A stretch of DNA of 64,000 bases from Octopus sinensis (lineage: Eukaryota): assembly GCF_006345805.1 (NCBI RefSeq), contig NC_043009.1, positions 62,496,001 to 62,560,000 on the forward strand, read 5' to 3'. The notes beneath the pieces were generated by a model, which did no database searches, was not told the origin of the DNA, and saw only the letters and a program-made list of their open reading frames with translations. Below are positions 37,571-49,574 of this stretch, piece by piece. Position numbers and translations under genes: made by a program. How positions within the stretch are numbered: the stretch's first letter is position 1; every line of letters starts with the position of its first letter.

Positions 37571-39106
37571 AAACCTACATATAGACACACACACATACAC
37601 GCACACACAGCGTTCCCAAAGAAACGGACAAATCTGTCGGAAGTTTCTCTGAAACAGAGAAAATATTTGCAATTTAAATCCCTTTTATGTTTTTTAAACA
37701 AGAATAAAAGAAAAAAAACTTTCATCTGGCGATGAAGTTAACCTATGACGGTGCCTTAATACAAGTACCAGTGATATTCTGTGGTAGAGCCATACATAGA
37801 CGATAGCCCTTCCTATGTGCCTGGTTAAAAAATAGCAATTAATTATAGTCTAGATGTATATTTACACTTTACTGGAGTCTGCCTGCTATTACAGATGCTT
37901 TCAATAAAGAGGAACTTTCTTCACTCAACACTTTTATATTTTTATTGTTGCCGCTGCCTCTGTTGTTGCTTTTTGTCTTCATTTTTAAAGAAAGTATTTA
38001 AAACATTTTATTACGTGTTGTCTTTATATGCATTTATGATTGTTTGTTAATTTGTATATAAATGTTTGATGTCGTTGTGTAACGTCCCGTTCATCGCCAC
38101 GCGATTTTTTTTATTGAAAATATTTTTTAAAAAACTGTCTAACGATTCGTTTTGCGTTTGCCTAAATAAAACTGAATATAATTAACCTGTAAATATCATG
38201 AAGGAAAAATGATTATAGAATGAAAAATTATTATAAAAGAGGCGATTGATTGTAAAAAAATCAGAAGAGTAGGGTTAAAATACTTTATGGTTACGGTCGG
38301 GAAATTTGTAGCGAGGTATGATTGGGGGCAATGTAAACGCTTTGAACATCTTCCTAAAAATCTGGGTTTGCACCCTCTCAGCAAATTTCATTCCCGCAGT
38401 TATGTGTATGGTATATTATAAAAATCTGGAGTGTGGTTACGTTCTTAGTTCAAATCCCGACAGGGAAAAGTCTTGATATTTCGCTTTGGGTCAATAAAAT
38501 TAGTTCTAGGATAGATTCAGTCAACTTTATACCCTTATAAAATGTTATTCCCTGTGGGTTGACATATTCCTGTTCGTGAATCACGACATATTACTGTCCG
38601 TGCTCTACATCTTATTTCTGGGTGAGACACATCTTCCTGTCTGTGGCTTACAACATTGTGTTCTTTATTGTGAACAATGGTACCTTCCACGTATCAATCA
38701 TAGCACCATGTCCTCCCATAGAATTGTATTTTCGGTCACACTCCTTTTTCACACCAAGACAAAAAAAAATGTTACACATATTACGCTACTTTAAAAAAAA
38801 AATTTTGTCAGGGTCTGAAACTGGAGTTTAACCCTTTTTTTTTTCTCTCAACAACATTCGCAGACCTTTGTTGAAACCATTCTCTGTGCCTCTTTCTAAC
38901 ATTGCAATAGTCAAATCTAAGCCCTATCTCTCTCCCTCGCCATCCTTCCTTCTCTTAATCCTGACGTATTTCTTCCCCCTTCAGTTTTAAATCAGACTCC
39001 AAAATGGTTCTAATTGTTGTTGTTTGGAGCCTAGTCAGACACGACCGAGTAGACATACGATCGAAACATTTCAGCCACTACTTCACCGTGATTTCTCTAT
39101 AGGCGC

Positions 39107-39262
39107 AGGAGTGGCTGTGTGGTAAGTAGCTTGCTAACCACATGGTTGCGGGTTCAGTCCCACTGCGTGACATCTTGGGCGAGTGTCTTCTGCTATAGCC
39201 CCGGGCCGACCAATGCCTTGTGAGTGGATTTGGTAGACGGAAACTGAAAGAAGCCTGTCGTA

Positions 39263-39335
<73 letters not shown>

Positions 39336-39532
39336 GTTTGTGTGTCTGTGTTTGTCCCCCTAGCATTGCTTGACAACCGATGCTGGTGTGTTTACGTCCC
39401 CGTCACTTAGCGGTTCGGCAAAAGAGACCGATAGAATAAGTACTGGGCTTACAAAGAATAAGTCCCGGGGTCGATTTGCTCGACTAAAGGCGGTGCTCCA
39501 GCATGGCCGCAGTCAAATGACTGAAACAAGTA
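39107..39532 (+). mobile_element. tRNA-derived SINE family A, near full length
   Basis: Head GTGGTAAGTAGCTTGCT...GGGTTCAGTCCCAC, internal (TA)n/(TG)n, tail CAGCATGGCCGCAGTC..GACTGAAACAAG. Other copies or fragments at about 852-1070(-), 1810-2010(-), 2660-2830(-), 4818-5040(-), 5750-6100(+), 7660-7990(-), 13235-13500(-), 15200-15340(+), 16225-16375(-), 45825-46225(-), 56210-56580(-), 57590-57930(+), 61750-61915(-), 63160-63500(+). Confidence 0.88.
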
Positions 39533-39859
39533 GAGTTTCTCTAGAACTAGATTATCAAATGTATCATTCCATCCTCTGAGAGGGTAGGATGTGATCTGGC
39601 TGCTATTTCTAGCTCGTTAACCGAGCAACCATATAAATGCACCCTCGATAGCTCGTTCGGTGCGAGTATTTCATTGTTTGGAGTTCAACGAAGACAAATG
39701 TTAAACATACTCAAATATGTTCAACCAAAGAGCCTCTGCGTGGTTGCTTGACATGCTAGAAATAGAAAACTAATCTTCCTTAAATCATCTATCGTCCTAC
39801 AACGAGAAAAACATAGCAGATATCATGTCCTGCATACACTGCCTATATTCTTTTCTACT

Positions 39860-41130
39860 CTAAGCACAAGACCCGAAATTTTGGGGGAGGGGGCCAGTCG
39901 ATTAGATCGATCTCAGTATGCGACTGGTACTTAATTTATCGATCCTGAAAGGATAAACGGCAAAGTCGACTTCGGCGGAATTTGAACTCAGAATGTAAAG
40001 ACAGACGAAATACCCATTTCTTTACTACCCACAAGGGGCTAAACATAGAGTGGACAAACAAGGACAGACAAACGGATTAAGTCGATTAGATCGATCGAGT
40101 ACGCAACTGGTACTTAATTTATCGACCCCGAAAGGATGAAAGGCAAAGTCGACCTCGGCGGAGTTTGAACTCAGAACGTAACGGCAGACGAAATACAGCT
40201 ACGCATTTCGCCCGGCGTGCTAACGTTTCTGCCAGCTCACTGCCTTTATTAAAGATGAAATTGTCATGGCCGGAAGTATAGATTCTGTTCATAAGGAGCT
40301 CACCTTGTGTTCAAGTTCCGTTGAATCCACACATTTTTCTTTGCACTCCTTTGCAGTTTCTGACGTTTGTGAATACTTGTTATACAAGCAATTTCCTCTT
40401 TGCTACCTGGCGGAACAATAACCACAACAATCTTATGTGCCATATAGAAGCGCACAAGCGACAGTTAAGTCCGCATTTGGAAGTATTTGGGTGACAGAAG
40501 AGGAAACAGTTGCAAATTGTGATTCGGAACCGAGTCGAGAATATTTCCTGCAAAGAAACAATCCACAGCCTGAAAACGAGAGAGATCGCCTGGCCTTGGC
40601 ATAAATTATATTGCGTTAGTACAGTGATGAGCGGTGTGTGTGTCTGTGTGTTGATGTAAGGGTAACAGTGGCGTGGTGTGTTGGTATATATTTCTTTACT
40701 ACCCACAAGGGGCTAAACGCAGAGAGGACAAACAAGGACAGACAAACGGATTAAGTCGAATCCATCGACCCCAGTGCGTAACTGGTACTTAATTTATCGA
40801 CCCGTAGCCGTATTTCGTCTGTCGTTACGTTGTGAGTTCAAATTCCGCCGAGGTCGACTTTGCCTTTCATCCTTTCGGGGTCGATAAATTAAGTACCAGT
40901 TCCGCACTGGGGTCGATGTAATCGACTTAATACCTATATCTGTCTTTGTTTGTACCCTCTATGTTTAGCCCCTTGTAGGTAATAAAGAAATAGGTACTTA
41001 ATTTATCGACCCCGAAAGGATGGAAGGCAACGTCGACCTCGGCGGAATTTGAACTCAGAACGTAACGGCAGACGAAATAGGGCTACGCATTTCGCCCGAC
41101 GTGGTAACGTTTCTGCCAGCTCGCCGCCTT
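39860..41130. mobile_element. Cluster of SINE family B copies (tandem and nested, both orientations)
   Basis: Repeated ACTGGTACTTAATTTATCGACCCCGAAAGGATGAAAGGCAAAGTCGACCTCGGCGGAATTTGAACTCA. Other copies at about 10050-10265(-), 15400-15565(+), 30775-31005(-), 44810-45020(+), 49935-50150(-). Confidence 0.88.
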
Positions 41131-41615
41131 ATGCGGTGTGTTGGTATAATAGACACGGTGGTAGTGTCTCACTACAACGATGGTGCTAATGTCTTGGCGT
41201 GTAGGTGATGGTGGTGAGAGCTGCTATATTGGCAGTGGTGGTGGTGGTGGTTGTGGTGGTACAATATTGGTAGATTGTGTATAGACGTAGTGAGTTATCC
41301 AATAAATCTGATGTTATCCAATAAATCATGTAATTGACTCATATTTGAATTAATCCACGCTAGTGAAACGTGTGTAGTGCTGTTTTAATCTATCCATTTG
41401 TTTTTGTTCACACTTACACACATACACATATATGGACGTCAAAGTTAAAGCATGAAGCATCATGTAGAGTTGACTGTCTTCCTGGGAAAGGATAAACGAC
41501 GAAGAATAACAAGAAGGCTGGAAAAGAAAGAATAAATATCCGTTAGAACTTACAGACTGAGACTGTCGTCTGCTGAAAATATCGGTATAGCATGATGAAG
41601 AGAGAGGAGGAGGAG

Positions 41616-41643
41616 TGAGTCATTGATTCGCTTATGACGTCAT
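41616..41643 (+). promoter_or_regulatory. AP-1 site (TGAGTCA) plus full palindromic CRE (ATGACGTCAT) ~90-120 bp upstream of the paralog B ATG
   Basis: TGAGTCA at 41616-41622 and ATGACGTCAT at 41634-41643, both perfect consensus matches. Confidence 0.5.
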
Positions 41644-41734
41644 ACAGAGAGGAAGTGATGTAGGGAAAGGATTGCAACTGCGTGCGATTTCTATCCAACG
41701 TTTATATCCCATACATTGCGACTACTCGACAAAG

Positions 41735-42868
41735 ATGGAGATTCCTGAGATGGAAAACCACGACAGCATGATTTTTACTGTCTCGCCATCAACGAGCTCC
41801 TCAAATTTCACCGACAGTGAAGAGAGCTGCGATATTTTCTCGGCAGCAATGAGCATGAACCACGATCGAAACTTGACGGCTGCAGTGGAGAGGTGTACCC
41901 CGCTGCAGCTTCACCTCTGTCGGGACAGCAACGGTGAAGCAAATATCTTACAACAACAAGAAATGCGTTCACACGCAAGCGACGACAACGATTGTCCCTC
42001 AATGGTCGGCATAGTTCTACCTCACACCAGTTCACCGACATTCAATGACACTAATTCCATCATGAACCAATCGCCAGTAACGTCCTCGAATTCGTCGCAG
42101 TTACCTTGCGAATCTTCAAACACCAATGAATCGTTGGAGGACAAAAATCTCAGGGTGGACGCCCGTAAGGTATACGACATGCTGCAGGAGGAACGTATTG
42201 CTAACCTCACGAAACGAAAACACTCTTTCTGGCGCGCTTTAAAAAACTTTCAACTGGCCAAAATAAATATGAACTGGAGCAACCAAGCAGCTACTGTTTT
42301 GAATATTCTTTCAGCCAGTAATGCTCCTTGTGGCGATATATCAGCACTAGCAGAACTAGGGGAGTATCTTATACCCCTCTGCTTCAAAGCAGAGACTTTG
42401 ATGCTTCTTCATAAGGTGCAAAAAAGTGCAACGAAATACAAGAAAATTGATGAAAGTATGGAAAAGACGTTCCAGAAGCATGGAAATGGAGAGTTGTATC
42501 GGCGGCTCCTAGAATTATGGCGTGTTGAGACAGTTGCTGAAGAAATCACCTCCTTTATGACATGGAATTCGAAAAAAGAATGGTATACCAATGCCTGTGC
42601 TTATTTCAATGCCAATCTAAAAGAAAGAGGCAAACATAAAGATGGCTTTTCGTCCAAGCAGAACCACTCCATAGCAATGACTCACAAGAATCGTAAAGGA
42701 CGCATTCTAACTGAAAACTATGAATTAGAAAGCTCTTCAGAATCAGTACGATCAGGTAGAAATCCTCTCTGCAATTCCAGTGATTGTCAGGCAAAAGAAT
42801 TTACCGATAGAGGATCTAACGATTCTCCTATAAAGTGCTACTCAAATATTTCTCTCTTATCCTTTTGA
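41735..42868 (+). CDS. Intronless 377-aa ORF of unknown function (paralog B); first ATG in AAGATGG context
   Basis: Long non-repetitive ORF (the track starts it at TTG 41672). Shares SMIFTVSPST, ANLTKRKxSFW, NMNWSN, LCFK, ELWRV and AEEITSFxTWNSKxEWY with paralog A. Confidence 0.82.
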   Translation: MEIPEMENHDSMIFTVSPSTSSSNFTDSEESCDIFSAAMSMNHDRNLTAAVERCTPLQLHLCRDSNGEANILQQQEMRSHASDDNDCPSMVGIVLPHTSSPTFNDTNSIMNQSPVTSSNSSQLPCESSNTNESLEDKNLRVDARKVYDMLQEERIANLTKRKHSFWRALKNFQLAKINMNWSNQAATVLNILSASNAPCGDISALAELGEYLIPLCFKAETLMLLHKVQKSATKYKKIDESMEKTFQKHGNGELYRRLLELWRVETVAEEITSFMTWNSKKEWYTNACAYFNANLKERGKHKDGFSSKQNHSIAMTHKNRKGRILTENYELESSSESVRSGRNPLCNSSDCQAKEFTDRGSNDSPIKCYSNISLLSF

Positions 42869-45063
42869 TCTCAAGATAACATTTCAAACTGGTTTTTTTC
42901 TGCAACGCACGTTGTGAATACAGAATTTAACTAATTAAAGTATTCTTAACAGAAAAAAAAATAATAATAATTACACTAATCTAAGATTGTTGGAGTTTTT
43001 GACTCGAGTATTTCTAGAATGAAAATGGTTAAGCAGTGATAGAAAAGCTACTACCTTGGGGTAACGGGTTCAAGTTAAGACTACAAAACTGTACCGATGA
43101 GAAAGAGTAAAAAAACTTCGAGAAGAATGTTGGAGGATTCAGGTTTATTCGCGTTCCTAACCTCTAGCATAATCTTAATACAAGGGTAAAAAAACTTGTG
43201 ATTTTCAGAGTGCAAGATATATTTTGGAACTCTGGTTGCAGATTACTGTGTATTCGTTTGCAAATTCTAAAATTGCTTTTCACACTTATAATTATATTAG
43301 CTTACTGATTAAAGACAATAATCAATAAATAAGGAAAATATCAATACATATAAATGCATATATTATATACGACAAAAATACTATATTACTGAGATTTGTT
43401 TGAAATTATTGAATGTGTAACTATGGATATATCCTTATGGTATAAATATGGAATTGATATTAAGGTTTTTAGCTTTTCATGGTTGAAAATAACACTGTTT
43501 CTATAATCAGAACCAGATTTAACTGTACAAGCTGTATCGACGAACTGAAACATCTTATAATACCACAAATGGCCACTCAAACAACAATCATTATTGATAC
43601 TAAAGTATTGATATTACATCGAGGTTTTCCACAAAACTTCGATATGATAATGAGAGATCTATTGTTGTTATTGTGATATTACCGTGATTGTTGAATAGGT
43701 TTTGTACTTTTAGAAAGTTAATTATGCTCAGCACTGCACGACTTATCAGTTAAAATATTTCTGTCACTAATAACAATGAATTCTATCTCATCTCTCTGTC
43801 TTATACTATCAGTTATATCAATTATATTATTAACAAAAGACACCAGACGACAGAAGGAAGAATGAAGTTGACGGATGTTGCTGAAAGCAAATAAATTCAA
43901 TGAATTTTAATCGATATAGTTATGTTACTCTTTTACTGACTTCGCTCATGTCGGTACTCCTCGGTGGAGTACAGCCTATAGGGAGGGAAGGGTCTTTAGT
44001 CGATCATATTGATTGTAAGAGAATTCTTTAGTTTCAAGTATGAAAAGAGTTAAGCTTGTGTCGGTTGATATCCTGACGTCATTCTCGGCAGTTTACGGAA
44101 AATTTTATCTTTTTTTTTCATATATTTCTGTGTTCGGCAATGTCTTTCATATGCTGGAAATTGCCGAACACGCGCTCGCGCGCACAAATATATTTTCAAA
44201 TAAATGAGTAATTTTCCCGTAAACTACCGAGAATGACGTGTCATGGAGTCGAGGAAGTAAGCTGGTACAAGTTTGATACTTGCCATACTTAACACGAAAA
44301 AATGCCGGTTATCAGTACTTCAGTCTGGTGCTTATCTTACTGAATATCTATCAAATGGCTGAGTTTATACTTTTTGTGTAAAGCGATGGACTTCGATGAG
44401 CCAGAGCCATCGAGAGAGCTTCTTCGTAGTCTCCTCACCCGCAAGAAACATCAGCCGAATCTTCTTTCGATCACACACACACGGCGACTACATACAAAAC
44501 ATATAGTTCGGTCCCCAACTCCTCTTGAACCATAGAATGCCTCCAATCAATTGACAGGTCGCCCCATCCCCCAGTTCCATGCTAACTATTCCTGATAGCA
44601 AAAGAGGTCGATAGAATAAGTACCAGACATTAAAAATAACTATTGAGGTCGATTCATTCGATTAAATGATTGAAACAAGTAAAAGATGGGAGTTAAGTGC
44701 CTTCCACATTGTACAGATAACGAATTTATCGGAATTTCACGTGCCAACAAAAAATGGTGGACGCGCATTCATGCATACTGACATTTATTACGTAATATTC
44801 TTTCTAAATTAGGGCGGCGAGCTGGCAGAAGCGTTAGCACGCCGGGCGAAATGCTTAGTGATATTTCGTCTGTCTTTACGTTCTGAGTTCAAATTCCGCC
44901 GAGGTCGACTTTGCCTTTCATCCTTTCGGGGTCGATAAATTAAGTACCAATTGCGTACTGGGGTCGAGCTAATTAACTGGCCCCTCCCCAAAAAATGTCT
45001 GGATTTGTGCCTAGAGTAGAAAAGAATATTTTTTCTAAGTTCCATTTTGTAGATATATGCCAT

Positions 45064-45728
45064 AGGTAATACTTTGGCGTGTGATCTAGAACTTAAAGGG
45101 CGACTATTTTTTAGTTAACTTTTGAATTTCTAGAATCCCTTAAGATGTTGGCTAAAGATTTTTTACAATAAATTCTTTTGTACATACTTAGCATTGTAAA
45201 TTAATTTTTTCAAAATTCTTACTATTTTGATAATAACAAGAAAACTCAGAGAGCGCAAACCTCCACCAAGGCAACACCAACGTCCCCACGACGATTAACC
45301 AGAGATGATTTTTAAAATGAGAATAACTGAAATAATCTCGTCTGCTTTCACAAACGGGAATACTAAAAATGAACCCGACCGCTCTCAAAAATTAAGTAAA
45401 AAAAAAACAGGAAAAATAATCCAGAATCCTTATTCGGTACCGGATCGATCCCAAAATCTAATCAGTTCGAGCCAGTCACGAGGCCAAACATTTCTGAAAT
45501 TTTCATCCGAATCCATCAAGCGGTTCTTAAGATATCTTGTCCACGGACAAACAAACAAACAAATGCGACTGAAAACAATAACGAAGTCGGAGGTAACAAT
45601 ATAATAATTCAAATAAAGCGCGTAGATCACACAAGTTTGGCATCCGCGTGCTTTGCAACGTAAAGAAACTAAAAGCTAACCTAAATTAATCACCGTTGAA
45701 GTTGTAGATCACACGCCAAAATAGCACC
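45064..45728. mobile_element. TIR-bounded element containing a Helentron/DINE-like insert (~45250-45610)
   Basis: Perfect 16-bp inverted pair TTTGGCGTGTGATCTA (45073-88) / TAGATCACACGCCAAA (45705-20). Internal AAATTTTCATCCGAATCCATCAAGCGGTTCTTAAGAT motif followed by a (CAAA)n run. Confidence 0.45.
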
Positions 45729-45824
45729 TGTATAAATTACTTTTATTTGTGTGGGTTTTTTTTTTTTTTCACGCTAAATTCTGATAAAATCAGAATCTAT
45801 TCCATCCGAAAGGTATTCTTTTCT

Positions 45825-46225
45825 TTATCTTTTCTTTGACTTGTTTCAGTTGTTAGACTGCGGCCATGCTGGGGCAGCGCCTTGAAGAATTTTAGTCATA
45901 CGTATCGACCACAATACTTTATTTTATTTATTTATTTATTTATTGTAAAGCCTGGTACTTAATCTATCGGTAACTTTTGCCGCACCGCTTGGTTAGGGGG
46001 ACATAAACACAGTAACACTGATTGTCAAGCGGTGGTGGGGGAACAGACACATACACACACACATAAATATATAAATATATATATATACAACGGTCTCCTT
46101 TCAGTTTCTGTCAACGAAATCCACTCACAAGGTTTTAGTCGGATCGAGGTATAGTAGAAGACATTTATCCAAGATGCCACACAGTGGGACTGAACCCAAG
46201 ACCATGTGGTTGAGAAGCAAGCTTC
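45825..46225 (-). mobile_element. tRNA-derived SINE family A, near full length
   Basis: Reverse complement of the family A consensus. Confidence 0.82.
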
Positions 46226-47000
46226 TTACCACACAGTCACGCCTGAGCCAATTTGGAGAAGATTTCATTAAAATATATCCACTTTCTGAAAATTATGAGA
46301 AAAGAAAGTTGGTGGTGGGTACAGTTGTGTAGGTACGTTCCATTGGATTCCAGTTCAATACCTTATCGCTTCAGTTATCTCGTTCCCCCGTGATTGTTGA
46401 AATGCAACATTAAGGCCGAGGGTCACTGCATTAAAAATTACTGGAATAACAAAGAAACCAAGCTTGTGGTTACCTTTTCCTGGTGTGTTAATATTTATTG
46501 TAATTTGTTAGTGAGATAACAGCCATGATGTTTTATCAGGAAACTACGTAGGAACAGTTTATATTGTTCGTCCTCACAACCTAAAGTCTTTTGACACCAA
46601 CTCAAGATATCATACAGTAATAAGACAAATTCAGACAACCTTTAAGTACCAAACTTTTCAAAAGAAAAACTAAAAACACTGGGGTTGATCTGTTCGGCTA
46701 AAATAAAATTTTAAAAAGAATCTTCGAGCGGTGCCCCAGCCTGGCCGCAACCCAATAACTGAAACAAGTAAACGATAATAGGTATCAAAGAAAGGTTACG
46801 ATGCATGGGGTTCATGTCTTTGAAACTTAAGAATCATTCCAACATCAACAAGAAGTGACGTTTCTGTAGGATTCGTTATACGTTTTACTTTAATCTATAT
46901 ATATAATGAAATCATTGTATACAGTGCTCAGGTGCACCACAAGACAACACGTTTGCAGTTCAAGAAACTGAAATCTATAAACTTTCAAGACGAGACCAAA

Positions 47001-47584
47001 TTAACCCTTTCAGCCCTGACCACCTGAATCTTATTTTACCATGTATCTGGCACTCCACCGGGGGAGACACTTTTTGGTTCTCTCACCCACATTAAAATAT
47101 CGGGTTATCTCCCCCACGTTTTTATGAGAAATATCGGTACTTTTGGTTATCTCCCTCAACTAAAAAGAATTGTTTAACCCTTAATAAAGCAAAACAAGAA
47201 AGTGAAGCGATGAAACTACGTATTGAATCTGATAATATTTTTATAACAAATCATACAAAACTGGAAAGATTAATAAACACGAAAACTGAAATAATTAAAC
47301 ATCTTACGGAATCTGATAAGATCTTTATAACAAATCATACCATTCCTATTGAAGAGGCCAAACGTCAACAATGTCTTGAAGTATTGAATCAAAAGGATCT
47401 ATCTCCTTTAATTCAAACTCTTGTCGCCACATAAACTCAGGTTTTAGTGGAAATTAATCCAGATTTTTAATGGCAAAGTTTTAATGGGGGTGAAATAACC
47501 AAAAAGTACCCTTCACCGGTGCTACGGTATAGAGAAAAATAAGCCATCCGCCGATAAACTGGTGTTACGGGCTCAAAGGGTTAA
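47001..47584. mobile_element. Non-autonomous piggyBac-like element with TTAA TSD
   Basis: TTAA|CCCTTTCAGCCC ... GGGCTCAAAGGG|TTAA (element 47005-47580). Confidence 0.8.
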
Positions 47585-49175
47585 TATCCATTAATTCATA
47601 TATCTCTGAATGATATTATGTGAAGGCGCGTGGCTTAGTGGCTAAGGTATTGGGCTCTTGATCTTAAGGTCGCGTGTTCGATTCCCAGTGGCATGTCGTG
47701 TCCTTGAGCAAGACACTTTATTTCATGTTGCTCCAGTTCATTCACCTCACAAAGATTAGTTTTACCCGTATTTCAAAGAGGACAGCCTTGTCAAATTCTG
47801 TGCCACACTGAATCTCCCGACCACTCAGTGGAGTGCTCAACCACTTGCACGATAACTTCACGCGCTGGCTGTTCCATTGGTCGGATTGACTGGAACCCTC
47901 GTCGTTGTAACCGACGGAGTGCCACCTTTTTTTTTTACGGACGATGTTGCGTGTAATGAAACAGCCTCTCCCAGGATGTCATTAAGATAATGCCTTCCTA
48001 CGTGATATGACGTTGTTGCTAAAACAATGTACAGGACCATGTATTTGTCCCAGAGCAAGAAAAACTGATCCGGGACAAAAGAATATTGGCGGAATATTCC
48101 CATCAATTTTTTTTTCTTTGGTACCTTATAATTTAACACACTCACCGGTAAAATTTCCACTTCTTCCTCTTTTATTTTTCTAAAATTTTCGTTGTGTGTG
48201 GAAATTTTACCGGTGAGTGTGTTAAATTATAAAGGCACCAAAAGAGAATGGCTCTCCCCCGGCACAACAGAATATGCTTCAACACACGAACTCACATCAA
48301 TATTCCACTAAATGCTTATACTCAGGTTTCAAGTAGTTAAGAGAGAAAAAAGCCTCCCAGCTGTTGTGAAGGTCAGCTGCACAGCCGATGAACATTTGAA
48401 AAAAAATCAGTGAGAACCCCAGGGACATGCTCTGCGTGAAAATTCAGTACTAAAGTCATATATGGTATAGTGAGCCCCAAAAAATCATGATTGCAACTGA
48501 CGGGAGAAACATTAGCGGAATAATGGACCAAGGGAGACAACCCTGGAATTTTAATTAAATGCGGACATTTTAGTGGGAAATAAATCCGATCTTTCCTCTC
48601 AGATTATTCGTTCGTACTTGAGATTATCGGTGGACTTGCGTATATTAATAAATATTCAATAATCTTTTAAAGGTTGGGTTTCCTTGAAAAAGAAAAGACC
48701 ACCAAATATTGATCCTACAAAATAAGAGAAATAGGAAAGCTTTCGCTTAATATTCAACATGTTGATGTCTAAATTCTGATAGCTTTTGCTCTCATCGTGA
48801 GACAACAGCCTTTTCTTTGCAGGAAAAATTCAAAGAATTTATTTAAAAAAGAAAAAGAAAACTATCATATATACGTCTATAATTACATATGGATCAAGTC
48901 ATGCGCATCGTGTCTGGTCTATATTGTGTAGGACAATATTATGAGAAAGAACAGTAGCCCTTGGTGTGGATCAGGTTATAACGAAATCCAATACAGATTG
49001 TTTAAAGTACATATTACAATCGCAGCAGATATACTGTATCTCACAAACAAAAGACTCCTTTTGTCACACAGTCCAGCTCATAGCTTCATGACGTTTTCTC
49101 CTTGTGACATTTTTCTCAAAGCTGTTTCTGGTGTTACCCTTCGCTAAAGACGCGAGGTTTAAGGTTTAGATTAAG

Positions 49176-49574
49176 ACTAGCAGTATATCCCGGCATTGCT
49201 CGGGTTTGTTTTCTTTTCGACCCTTTAGAATTGGAATATTTGAAAAATAAAAATTTTGCATTAAATAGCTTGTTATTCTCTTTAAGTGAACATTTTTCTG
49301 GTTGAAATACACCGAAAAATGGCGACACAGCAGTCAAAAAATCGTAATTAATAGGGATTTTCGTGGAAAAAAAAGCACCTTTTTTATGTAAATAATTTTT
49401 GGTCTTAACATGGTCCGATTTGAATTTTATCTTCTACGGAATGAAGAGCAAGCCTTCTTCTTTCATACTCTCGATTTTGGTCAACTTGCGCCGCAGGGTC
49501 TCGGAGGAGATAGTGTTAGTTGAAGGCTACCAAACCTGCCACACACAGACAACTTCAGCTTTATAGAGAGAGAT
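49176..49574 (+). mobile_element. Non-autonomous Helitron-like (Lep1/HINE-type) element
   Basis: 5' ACTAGCAGTAT..CCCGGCATTGCTCGGG hairpin and 3' CTTTATAGAGAGAGAT. A sister copy lies at 59587-59872. Confidence 0.6.

Noticed and set aside
44365-44472. Minus-strand peptide LMFLAGEETTKKLSRW resembling a cytochrome P450 I-helix (AGxETT)
   Set aside because: Short, closed by a stop, no convincing splice sites and no other P450 exons; likely coincidence.
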